Source: Takakia lepidozioides (taxonomy: Eukaryota > Plantae > Bryophyta). Taken from it: a DNA stretch of 64,000 nucleotides. The notes beneath the pieces are model-generated. The model saw only the letters and a program-made list of their open reading frames with translations. It did no database searches and was not told where the DNA came from. The translations under genes and the position numbers were made by a program. Below are positions 12,436 to 24,250 of the stretch, one piece after another. The stretch spans positions 3,534,001 through 3,598,000 of the forward strand of contig CM060731.1 of NCBI GenBank assembly GCA_030704615.1. Reading direction: 5' to 3'. Numbering within the stretch: position 1 is the stretch's first letter; each line of letters begins with the position of its first letter.

Positions 12436-15400
12436 CAGTGTTGGGCGGGTATATTGATTTTAACTTACCCTCCGGGTTCGGGTAATTTGGCATCTTGAAA
12501 TTCAATCCGGGTCCGGGCCGGTTAATAGATGTTTTTGTATTTCAACATACCCTCCGGGTCCAGGTAAAATGCGTCATGATTTGTTTTCTGGTTATATGTA
12601 AATACACGACAATGCCATAAATTATCCTGAGGATAAGGATAAAACCAGGTTATAGTTAAGTTAAACATACCCTTTATTTATGCAGGGTCAAAGGGTTTAT
12701 AAAGGGTTAAGCTCCGGGTATATTGATTTTATTACATTGTTGAAAGCTCTTGTAATGATATATGTGAATTTGGGATGTTTTGTTGGCTTGGTATGGTATC
12801 TGAATATGACACAGAGAAACCACTCCTACATTCAGTGCCTCAGGAAAGAACACTACCATCATTCCTACGATGTCATACAACACCCTGAACATACATGAAC
12901 TCCTATATTCAGTGCCTCAGGGAAGCCTATAAAAGCCCTTACCGTAGTGTACATATTTGGTGTCCTGCATACAGTCTTTAGCTTAGCTGCTTCCTAGAAA
13001 GGTACTTGACATATTGATCTAATGAGTACAACCAAACAATCTCCATGCAAATTCCCCATGAAAATCTGGCCCACCACATGACAGCCATGAATAATGTGAG
13101 TGTGAGTCTGCAAACAAGTAAGGAAGATGAAGCTCCTGTGGTCAATAGTAGTAAAGACAAGTGCAAAGACATATATAAAGTCTGTAGTAGGTAATCCATC
13201 ATCAACAACATGCAATAACTAATAGACAATGATTCCAACCATATTCCCATGCACATTGTCTCTGAGGCAAGAGTATTTTCACTGAAAAAATTAAAACTGA
13301 GAGTTGTTGTATACCTAATCATTCCAGCAACTCCATACATGACTTGGAATCTATGGCCTTCCTCATGGTAGTTCACGTCAGTTTAACCCCAAATACTTTC
13401 ACCTACCGTTCTTTTATTTACATATTTATGGTCATTACCGGGCATCGGACACATCTAAGACTTGAAATGATGTAGAATACAGGTCCTACGTGTAGATGCC
13501 AGTTGAATTAAAAACATTCTCTATAATCCAAGTATGCACAGTAGACTTGTACAATTGAGGCCGAGCTTTAACCAACATAGCAGGGAACAATGAGTCATGA
13601 ATAACAAACAAGAAAGCAACGATATTTATTGGTGATACTAAGAACCAAGCTAAAAGCTCTGACACAATCCTATGCGGGCCGATGGTATGAGCTTTATTCT
13701 TATGCTTCTCCACCATTTTTCTCCATTAGCTAATTGAGCAAAGTTCGTCCTTAACTTTGATGGAATATACATGTCCATATCATTTGGACGGTCCTCTATG
13801 ATGGACTCTAGTGCATACTCATCTTCCAAGTCTTCTAGAAGTGAAGCCTCTCCAATGCCAGGATCATCCAAAGTTGTGGTTGGACTACTATAACCTACTC
13901 GCGGATCATCAGACCAATTTTTGATGAGCAAAACCAACTGGTCCAGGTTGCATGATCCGAGCCTACACCTCTGAAGCACACATGCAATTGAAAATACACG
14001 TTTTGTCTCAATTTGACTACCTGGGATACCAAGAACCTGACGGGCCAAAAAAACAACTATAGGGAATTGCCCTTCATGAGCTTTCCACCACCGCACGAGG
14101 TTCTCAGAAGACTTGGGTAAAATTTGGAGATGGCGGAAACATGCAAGCTCACGTCGCACCTACAACACCCACGTCCAACAACCAACAATGATCACCCTCA
14201 TAGTCCTCATATGATAAATGCTCATATAAGTTCAGATTATAACTACTATGCATGAATCTGTCGTATTCCAACATAATTAGTACTTCAACATTGCATGATA
14301 CATCAACTGATTGAAGTCATAACAAAACTAGGCTGGATTTATGTGGACTCTATATGCTCAGACGCTGTGTCCTCCTCGAAAATTCTAGCGCCAAATACAA
14401 CATGGCTATCATCAAAAATAGCATTGTCGATTATGCAACCTCTCACTGGCCATCTTCACGCTCAATGAAATGGCCGTGACCAATGCATCACTTAACAACC
14501 AGTAGCCATGACGTTGATTTAACACACAAAGAAACCATAGGTGACAAAGTCGAAGCTGGCATGGCTTGTGCAACTGCCCAAGTAGTCCCTGAAGGAATGC
14601 GACCTTACAATGATATTGTTTGGCGACTGTAACAGAGATGGATGGCTTCACAAAATTGAAGTGCCTGCTGGAACATGATGACCTTAGAAGCAAAACGAGT
14701 TTTGACTGACGTACTCAATTTCCGGGGATGTATACCTGCATCTTGACATATTTTTGACCATTCTTGTTGTTGTTTACTTGACTTTTTTGGGCCACGTAAT
14801 GCAAGACTGGATTGATGATTAAATGGGGCCAAAGCTTTCGCTCATTTGTTGGCATGCTTTGTGGTTGAATGTTGGCATGCTTTGCTCATGGCATGGCCAT
14901 AGCAGGCCCCATCAAATGGGTCGACAGACTGCTCCAAAACCTCACAAGTCACCACTGCTTTGAGAGCTTGGGTCATGGTGGACAAATTATCACCCTCATC
15001 TTTCACATAATATGCAATATCTCCACCCGTGTCCTGGAGCGCCAATCCTGCCTGAACTGCTGATCATTCTCTATGAGTCTGCATATCTTCTTGGTTAGTC
15101 TAAATTTTTCAAGTAGAGATCTCAATTAAATTGCTGAGCCGTCACCAGTTGTATCACTGGCTTCAAACAGCCCCACAGTAATGTGCTTGGGTTCCCAATT
15201 TGATTTCAAGAAATTGATCACTAGAGCAAATGTATCTTACGCTCCTTTGCTCATCCATAGATTGAATTTTGCAGTGACAGTGACACACTCATTCAAGTAT
15301 GGACGCACATAATTTTGCATAGTAGCTTCAACCATAGCTGACAGAATCTCCTCTGTAAGCATTCTACGAAATGGAAAGACACGGCGTGGGTCTCGACACA

Positions 15401-15619
15401 ACGTCTAACCCACAGATTCTCCACGCACGACAAATGAAAATAGCCTTTTGCAACCCCATTGATGCAGGGTAAAGTGCAAATCTAGGGTATATCATAAAGA
15501 CATATCCTTATAAAAAGGTATACATTCGGGTCCTAAACACATCAGGTTATATATTTGGAAGTATACTTGGATATACCCGTCGGGTATATACGGGTAAATC
15601 ACATGCCCGCCCAACACTG
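12436..15619 (-). mobile_element. hAT DNA transposon with both ends intact, defective
   Basis: Perfect 14-bp TIR CAGTGTTGGGCGGG...CCCGCCCAACACTG, perfect 8-bp TSD CTGCAAAC (12428-12435 and 15620-15627), subterminal CGGGT repeats, internal transposase relic. Confidence 0.96.
13650..15400 (-). pseudogene. hAT transposase, disrupted
   Basis: Motifs TAKFNLWMSKGA*DTFALVINFL, YYVKDEGDNL, ACYGH (CxxH), KTRFAS, and the dimerisation domain WWKAHEGQFPIVVFLARQVLGIPGSQIETKRVFS. Contains stops and frameshifts. Confidence 0.92.
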
Positions 15620-17335
15620 CTGCAAACCACCCTTAGATAATTATGGTAATTACTCATCGGATATAACAACACGGAGAATTCAAAACTTTATGCTTGGATT
15701 ATTCTTTTAGAAACAGATCCATTTCTATCGGAGGATATTTAGACCTAAACATAGTTGGGATAGAGTTGGGTAAAAAGAAAAAAAATTGTTGCTGATGAAT
15801 ATATTAAGTTCAACTTTTGAAAAAATCATAATTGACATCTCAAAATTCAATTATCATATATAAATTGTTGGGCAATGGAATTCTAAAAAATGAGAGTTGT
15901 TCACATAAAAACAAAAATCTTCACTGCGTAACTGTACATTCGTTTAATACTTACTCATAAATTTCTTGATCATCAACCTATCGATTTTGTCATTTAGTCT
16001 TTTTTATGAATTGTAATTGGAAGTTATAAAAGTTTAATGTATTTTTAACTCCTTATGGAAGTTAGGAGTTAGGTTTGTGAACTTCCCGTGGAAGTTAGAG
16101 AAATGATCAACAAGTTAATCAACTATCATCTCTCTTACTCACTTCCCTCTATAGACAGACAGCCGTCTACACTCTTTATCCAACCTTTCTTGAAAGGCAA
16201 GCAAGTTTGGAAGAATTTACAGCTTGTCCACCGTATTTAGGTCTGTAATTTGGAGGTGTTTGTCATACTATCTTGTACACAATCTTCAACAATTTTTTCA
16301 GCAACAACAACGTCTTCTTGTTCTTTAAGCTGTGATGTTTCTTTTAGTATGTCAAAGCTAGCTGCTAGATTTCGATCAAAAACTCATGTATGTATTGCAT
16401 AATAGTATTATGTCAACTAGTTAAAATACTTGATCTTTAGTTTGACCTGCTCGTATTAATCATGGATATACCATGTTTTTGACATATCTACTAATTGGGC
16501 AGAAATGAAGATTAGTGAGGTCATTCTCTGTTATTCTTGAAAGTTATAGCTATATCTATCTAAGTTTAATGAGATATCAATAAAAAATAAGTTGTAAATT
16601 GGTGGACTCAAAATTATCCATACACATTACAAGTAAGAATATGCTTTTGTCTATTTATCTTTCTATTAATTTCATATCTCTTTCCATAGAAGGTTTTATG
16701 AAGTTTTTGAAAGTTGAGTAAACAATTAAAATATCTGAACCTTGCATTTAGCTCCAGATATACAATCCTATACAGTGTATAAACATCATTATCCAAATTT
16801 ATGAGCTATATTAATCTATATGTGACACTATGTATTAACCCATTGATTTTCATGTTTCGTATACTTTTCATTCCATAAATGAGCTAAGTTAATAACATTT
16901 AAAATGTCAAATTATCTATTAGCACAGATATAACAAGTTGACATGATTTTGCATTGTAGGAATTTTGATTAAAATGTCCAAAGAACCGGGACAAAGCTGC
17001 ATGCAGTGTTCACCAAGAACTCAAAATTATCCACAATTGAGAAGTGTACCTAGAATTGCAATTCCAAACATCTATGATCCTATCACTCACGAACCGAAAT
17101 TTGTCGACCCAGCTCATAGATCTTGTGTACCAGACTACACAACAGCTTCTTTCACTCCGAGACATAAATCGGAAAAATATGGAGGCCACACACACACATG
17201 TACCAAAACACTTCGATATCCTGGTGGAGAAGTCGTTGCAGTACTACTCTCTCCTTCTTTGCCATCATCTTTGGTAGTCATCTTGATTTTCATGAGAGTA
17301 AAAGATATGATTGTCACGATGTACTCTATTTTTAC

Positions 17336-17450
17336 TTTTATTTTTTCCCCAAGGAAAAATCAGCCCCAGCAAATTGGGCCATGAGGGGGAAAATAAACCC
17401 CCTCACCAGGCCATGAAGGTAGACACCCAGCCCAAAAAGAGAGAGAGACA
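17336..17450 (-). mobile_element. Possible diverged LINE/SINE 3' end
   Basis: Shares TCTACCTTCATGGC with the 19412 and 23640 copies and ends in an A-rich tail on the minus strand. Confidence 0.35.
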
Positions 17451-19411
17451 GCTTACAAGGGTTTGAACCACAGACCCCAGGTCAATGCACACCATACAAT
17501 CTATTTATGTTATAATGCAAAGTGAGCCTTGCACAATTTATAAAATACTATAAGGTTAAATGGATAATTAAATATTAAATATTAAATACAAAAATCCTAA
17601 TATCGTGTGCTTTTGAATATCTGAGGGACAGAAATATTTGCTATAATGAATGAATGATTGATCAATGTTTCGTATCGGATTTTCTTTCTTACAATCTATC
17701 ATGAGTCCATCCTGATTTTATTTCAATTTATGAAAATCTCAGTATTATTTTATTTTTAATTATTGAGAGTAATATACATCGTTGTCCAGCTAGAAATATA
17801 TTTTAATTTTGAAAGAAAGCTAGGGATATTTTGAAAGTTGGTATTACTTATGTGACTCAATTTAAAGATTATCAAATATGCATCGAGGCGAATACCTTTG
17901 TTTTTAATGATTTTGAGATGTTATACATTTTCTTATCATTCTAAGAATATGCATAATTTTTTTTCATCTATGATAAAAAATGTGGGATTGATACGAAAAT
18001 ATAATGTCTAACTAATGAAGATGTTACATGTGTTGAGCAGGTACCACATCAACAAATCCTTACAGGATATAAAGCCCCTAATTCTTCTGGGCATAGCGCC
18101 CTTTTCAATTCTCTTACGTAAGTTTTGATAATTAAGTTAGATTTAAGTTATTCTTATTGGTTACTAATTGCAATGATAACTTGGGTTATATTTATAAATT
18201 TAAAAACTTTCTTTATTAGTAAAAATATAATATAATATAAATATATATTTGAACTATATATCTTGAAATATACTAGTAATATAGAAATTTACATTATTTT
18301 CAATAATTCAAATCAGTATATATACTTAGACATGTTCTATTTGATTGGTTTTGTATTCCAACAAATCATATGGATGTTAAAGAATTTAATTAAGTTTGCT
18401 TATAAAATTATAATGTTCAAGCACAAAGCGCAAATGGAACTTCAGTTTTTGACCATAAACGAGCACCATCAGTTTTTTGAAACATGCTTTGAGATTTCGG
18501 TATAATTGACAGGACAAAATCATATTTTGAAAGCAAAACACGAAAAGTAGGAGAAGAAGGTGACCTTTCTAGCAAAAAATTGGTTCCATACGATCCACGT
18601 GCGGACCGTAATCAGCCAAGGGAACTCACACATAATTTTGTTGGTCTCAAAGCCTTTGACCGTCGCAATGCTAGTTATATAAGGTGAATTGTTTTTTTAA
18701 CACTATTTGTGAGTTGACTAATATATCAAGTGCATTATTAATCCAAAATACATATATTGTGATTATATTTGTATGCAAGATGTACCATAAAATAAATGAT
18801 AAATATACAATTTTTGCTTATCTATTATGGTTTATTCAACATATAAGGGGTATTAGATGCTACGCATTAATTGGTTTTTCGTTTTATTATTTATTTTTAC
18901 AAAGTTCTAGATGATTGGATTGATTAGGTTGATAAGTGGTCAACCACGGCATTTCAAGACACCACTGACAACAAATCAACGGTATTTCAAATTCATGAAG
19001 GATCAAGGGGGCTTGACAAACGCGGGCATTTTTGCTGGTTTTTCCTTACCTCATTATACTACCCTTCAACACAGTATTGTTACTTTTAGTAGAATCAATT
19101 GGTATTTCCATCTCAACCAAATAGATCATATATATATATATATACATATGGCATAATAACATTAGACTGGAATACTTAAAAGTTAATTTGCTGATCTTAG
19201 ATTAAAACTTTAGAAATTGTATAAATGTTTAACGAATTAAAATAACTAACCCACAAGATTCCGCGTTCATTCTTTGAAAAAATAACATGCAATTACTTAA
19301 TTAGTAAAATCAGGCGTATTTTTGTTTCTTTTTTTTAATTTGTAGATACCACGCATCATTCTTTAACATGTATTACTTAAATAACATGTTTCAAAATTTC
19401 AAGTATAGAGA

Positions 19412-19520
19412 TTTTCTTAGGGGGATTGTAGCCCTGGAAATTTTATTAATAAGGGTAAGGAAAAAATAACCTTACATTAGCCATGAAGGTAGAGAAGAGA
19501 GGTTCCACTCCAAACCAGAT
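19412..19520 (-). mobile_element. LINE 3'-UTR end (same family as 8960 and 23640)
   Basis: Minus strand GGAGTGGAAC...CCTTCATGGCTAATGTAAGGTTATTTTTTCCTTACCCTTATTAATAAA...CAGGGCTACAATCCCCCT aligns with 24145-24240 and 9310-9405. Confidence 0.7.
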
Positions 19521-21212
19521 TTTTGTAATAACTTGTAACGAAAACTTACTCGCAATATCTTCTCGTAGTTGCGACAACATCCCATTGCACATGAAAGCAG
19601 CTTAGAAATAGAGTGTCACAAGTCACAACGTTACTGATATGAGTTACGGCACACACAACAATTGTGACAGATTTCAGGAGGAGTCCAAGCGCCGTCCTCC
19701 CACATCCCCACAATATAGTGTACACGTAGTCATATCCCATGTATTTGTTTTAAAAAAAAAGGAAACACCTGGGAGCGACCATGTATTTGTGTGTCATTTA
19801 ATGCTTATTGTGGTTTTTGTTGTGCAGAGCGATCCAAACTTATGCATATAATGCAAACTGGTGTAAATGAATGAACATGATTTAATTTGTGTGATAATGT
19901 TCACATTAAAAATATTAAAAAAACATGTAAACAGTTTTTGTGTATCCAGTTATCTGATATTCGCATCAAATGCACATGTTTTTGCAACCAAACTTATGTA
20001 AATGATTTTTAATTATATTTTAATGTAAATAAGTCAATTTTCTATTTATATTTTATTATTATTATTGTTATTCAAAGACAAAGTTAACCTTTAACTGCCT
20101 ACATCGTCATTTTCTTATACCCAAAAGTTTTTATCAAATCTTTAGTAAAATCGGACTATCTATCCAGCACAATGCATGCAAGAAAGTGAATAGATACCTA
20201 GCATCTGCATGCACTCACAAAGTTTCACCACCGCTGATTTGCCATATTATAGTGGTTTAGTGGGGGTTTGTGTTTTTTTTCTTATTTTATAAACAGGTAA
20301 ATTTTGGTTTGACCATTCAAATTGGCTGCGCATTTTCTTTGCTGCATGTTAAATCTCATACTTAGCATGAATGTGTGGTAGGAAAGGTAAGCAAGACTTT
20401 CAGTCTACCTAAAACCCATATCCATTCTCTTTATAATCTACATTTTGTTTTCAATCCCATACATTTGACAAATTACATTGTATATTTCAAGCATCAATAC
20501 CATGTTATAATAGTAATAGTAATAATAAGTTGGGTCTTATCATTGTGTAAAGACCATTATATATATCAACAAATGACGTAATACTTCCAAAAACCCTCGA
20601 GTGGATTCATGGTATGTGAGATGGTTTGGATTGTAATTCCATTTTGAAATTTTTAGTTTCAGGTCGTTTGCGTAAATTTTTGTCTTACTTGTCATGAGTT
20701 TTAATCTATGATCACGTTTGATTTTGTAATAAATCGCAAAGTTGTAGTCATCTAGATTTCAGATAAAGACATTTGTTCTTCCTATTTGATTTGATTGGAT
20801 TTGAAACAATTACAGAAATACTCCACATAAATTCTTATTTTATATAACAATGGAGGTGTGTCACTCTATTATTTTGTTATGACTTACATACATGATGAAG
20901 TTCTATGACTTGATCAGTCAAACTTATTCTTAATTCCATGAATTACTTTGGTATTATCTATTTATGTTTTTTTCGTGCGTCCATGAATTTTGTAGAACAT
21001 ATGATGGAATATTCTTCTTTATCATTTATATATGTGTTCATACGTCAGCTTCATTACAGAGATGATTCATTATCTGAGACCTCTTTTATTAGAGCTCAAT
21101 CCAAGATAACATTTGTTCTGCTTCACTTCCATTTTTCCGTTTCTTCTGCATTTGTTGTGGGGTTTTCACGGTTATCTACTTTGTTACTATCATATTCCTT
21201 CAACTCCTAGTC

Positions 21213-21923
21213 ATGGTCAATATTGATAACCCATGGCCGGATTGCGGATGTCCGCTTGGAATAGGGTACCAAAAAGCTCCATATAACAATAGCGAGATTC
21301 CTTCACCTCATAATTGTGGGATATCCAAGGATGAGTTTCTAAAACACTACATATGTGATCACACTGTTTATGATGTTTTGAGTAGAGCAAAAGGGGCTAC
21401 AATGCTGGGAAAGTGGGTAACAAAGCGCTTAAAAGAGGGTCGTCTCTTTGTAATAAAAATACCACCAAAGGCGGCCCGACCCAAAAAACCTAAACCATGG
21501 CAATCGGATGAACCACACACGAGAATTATATCCCTGAAGAAAGGATGGAAATATTGGAATCCCGATTATTCAGAGATGATTGTAGATAACAAAAACATTC
21601 TGGATTTTTTTCTATGGCTTGGGGTGGCGGAGAGATGGAGGAGGGAGCAAATGGCACCCACTGCCAAAGGATTTTTACTAGGTTGTGGATTTACAGCTGA
21701 GAAAGTGAATAGAAGCATGCTATATAAAATGGACCGTGTTTATATTTCTGGAAATCGGGATTTTATTCAATGTATTTCAAGGATGTGGATGAAGATAAAC
21801 ACATTTTTGTATGGAGTGGAACTTGGATTGGGGAACGTTGGGCCAAGGATGGCCTACATCAGACATCTTTCAGATATTGAGTTAGATGCAAACGTCGCCA
21901 CAGGAGGGTGTGGTCACATTTGA
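21213..21923 (+). CDS. Intronless 236-aa ORF of unknown function
   Basis: Uninterrupted ATG-to-TGA frame with protein-like composition, locally higher in GC than the AT-rich flanks. No family recognised. Confidence 0.5.
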   Translation: MVNIDNPWPDCGCPLGIGYQKAPYNNSEIPSPHNCGISKDEFLKHYICDHTVYDVLSRAKGATMLGKWVTKRLKEGRLFVIKIPPKAARPKKPKPWQSDEPHTRIISLKKGWKYWNPDYSEMIVDNKNILDFFLWLGVAERWRREQMAPTAKGFLLGCGFTAEKVNRSMLYKMDRVYISGNRDFIQCISRMWMKINTFLYGVELGLGNVGPRMAYIRHLSDIELDANVATGGCGHI

Positions 21924-22439
21924 CAATCCTCTTGTCCCCGTCTTGGATTCGCCAGGGGCCGGCTCAGCCACCTTATGCACTTAAACCTCTCAAGTTGTTA
22001 CTTCTCTATCACACTAAATAGGTCATAGATATGACTTTGTAATAACGTGATTGGTCAGATTTTGGCATACATGGAAGGGATTATGACAAGCAAGGAATAT
22101 GCAATAGCACCTGAGAAAAGTCTGATCTATTCGATTTAAATCAGATGTCGCGGTAATCCACAAAGCTGGTACCAACTATTAGAAGTTATGTTCATTTAAT
22201 AAAATTGATAAGTGAGTTCTACATGTATAGGCTGAGCAATCAAATTCAAAAATATAATTTTATACATTAATGCTCAAATATCTAGTGAGAAGCTCATTAT
22301 TGTAGTTATCATAACAAAAGAAGAAGTTATCATATACATTTACATGCCATGCTCTATATATTTCTTATTTATTTTTGAGTATTTCTACCAAGAGTCATCC
22401 CGGAAATGTTTTCACTTCCTTGTTCTGCAGGAAGCTTAA

Positions 22440-22565
22440 ATTATGGTGTCTGCCTTGTGGTGGGAAGGTGGACACTGGACACCTCCGTGACGCCAATTGG
22501 AGGATTGAACCCACAACCACTTACTGGGTGTAAGTGCCCATTACCATCAGGCTGCAACTTAGTTG
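22440..22565 (-). mobile_element. tRNA-derived SINE-like head
   Basis: Minus strand has an A-box-like TGCAGCCTGATGG, the stem CACTTAC/GTAAGTG, and B-box GGTTCAATCC at tRNA-like spacing. No proper acceptor stem. Confidence 0.45.
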
Positions 22566-23639
22566 TCTCTAGTAGTGTGTATGCTTCACTTGTTTTATCC
22601 AAGGGTTTTTAAGTTTTTCCCTCTCAATATTTCCAAATAAATTTTCAGGTTCCCGTTTCTTTTTTCTTTTTTTTGGGGAAGGGTAGGAAGCCCTTTTTCT
22701 GCTTTATTCGAATTATTGAAGGGAAAAAAATCTCTTTCTGAAATGAAAAGGAAAAAAGAAGGTTCAACCCTTAAGTTCCCAAGCCCTTTTTTGACTTTTT
22801 ACCAGTTTTGGGTACCCAGCTGCAGTAAATTGCCCCTAGAAACCTACCGAAAATCATCCAGAGATTCCAGCCTTATAGCAATGGGCCCAGCTCATTTATG
22901 CATGACATACCAAAAAAGGAGCCAAGTCCACCGTGGACATTGTGAGATTATAGCGTTGGCCCGGACCTCAAATATCAGGTCCCAAAGAAAAAGTGAGAAA
23001 GAAATAGGTTTGACCAAATTAAAACCTAGCTTTATCCAATTTTGCTTGCCCCAAGACCCACCATTTCCAAATCAGTAGTGGAGTGGCTATGGCCCCACTA
23101 AATTGCAGGTCCAACTGATTTTTTCACCTATGCTTGCTATTCATGCAATTACATGGGGGTTGAAATCTCAAAATTGACAAGAGAAAATGTGCCTCCAAAT
23201 GAAGTACTTTTTTTTCTACAAATTTCTTAAAAGCCAATGGTGGATGTGTGTATGTAATGCTCACACACCACAAGGTGAAGTGATTTTTCCAAATTTGCTA
23301 ATTTTATGCCAAAAATGGCCTTTGGAGTGCAATCTGTTTTGGGCTTGTTTACCTGCCACGTCACCGGTCAACAAGCCCTTTTCAGGCCCCAAAACGTAAA
23401 TGAGAGATCAAAGATATTTTTTGTAGGTCATAGCTTTTGTTTTTTTTTGTTTTTTTTTTGCATCATACTCGAGACAAATCCTTGTCATTAAAGCTTCAGG
23501 AGTGGGCCCCATCAGATTAGATCTGCAAAAAATTAGGTGGAACCGCAAATTCAAAGTGACCCGATTCAGGTTGCTTGGGAACTTAAAACTGGCAAATCTG
23601 GAAAGTACGTTGCTCGGTAGTCTTCCAAAATGCTTTGCC

Positions 23640-24250
23640 CTGCATGCAGAAAGTGTTGCATATGGCTCACTCAAACCTTGTGTCTGACGCTTGTAAATCT
23701 TGGTTGACTCTTGTGACAGCTCTTCCCAAGTGTGGTATTAGAAGGCGAGCCCAACTCCTCGCTGCATTTGACAACTCGTGGGGAAGAGGTGGGGTGTTAT
23801 GCAGGAGACTTTGCGAATCCAGAATTGTGTGGGAGGAACGTCTCCCTCCTTGCTGGAAGCTCAGTTAGTGCCAGGCCTTCCCCTCTGGATGCTGACGAAG
23901 CTGAAGTCATTTGGAGGCATAGGAGTAGTCTTAGAAAGGGAAAATCGAAGGCGCAACTTTCCTTTGAGGCTCCAAAAAGGAAAAGGGGTAGCATGTAGTA
24001 CTAGTTTGCTTCTGCCCTCGTGGTAGTTCGTGATGCTAGTATTGATACTGCTCTGGATTATCTCCTGTGTTCCTGCTCTGACGATCCTCTTGCTTCCTCC
24101 TTTCGTCTCTCCTATTTCCTTTCCTTATCTGAACTGATGGCTCGGAGTGGAACTTCGATCCTCTGCCTTCATGGCTTTGTAAGGTTATTTTCCCCTTCCC
24201 CTTATTAATAAAGCTTCCAAGGCCTCTGTGTCCCTGTTCTCTAAAAAAAA
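23640..24250 (+). mobile_element. 5'-truncated L1-like LINE 3' end
   Basis: ORF2-like C-terminus AAFDNSWGRGGVLCRRLCESRIVW, a downstream frame ending EAPKRKRGSM* (23998), a pyrimidine-rich UTR, AATAAA and poly(A) at 24243-24250. Confidence 0.72.
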
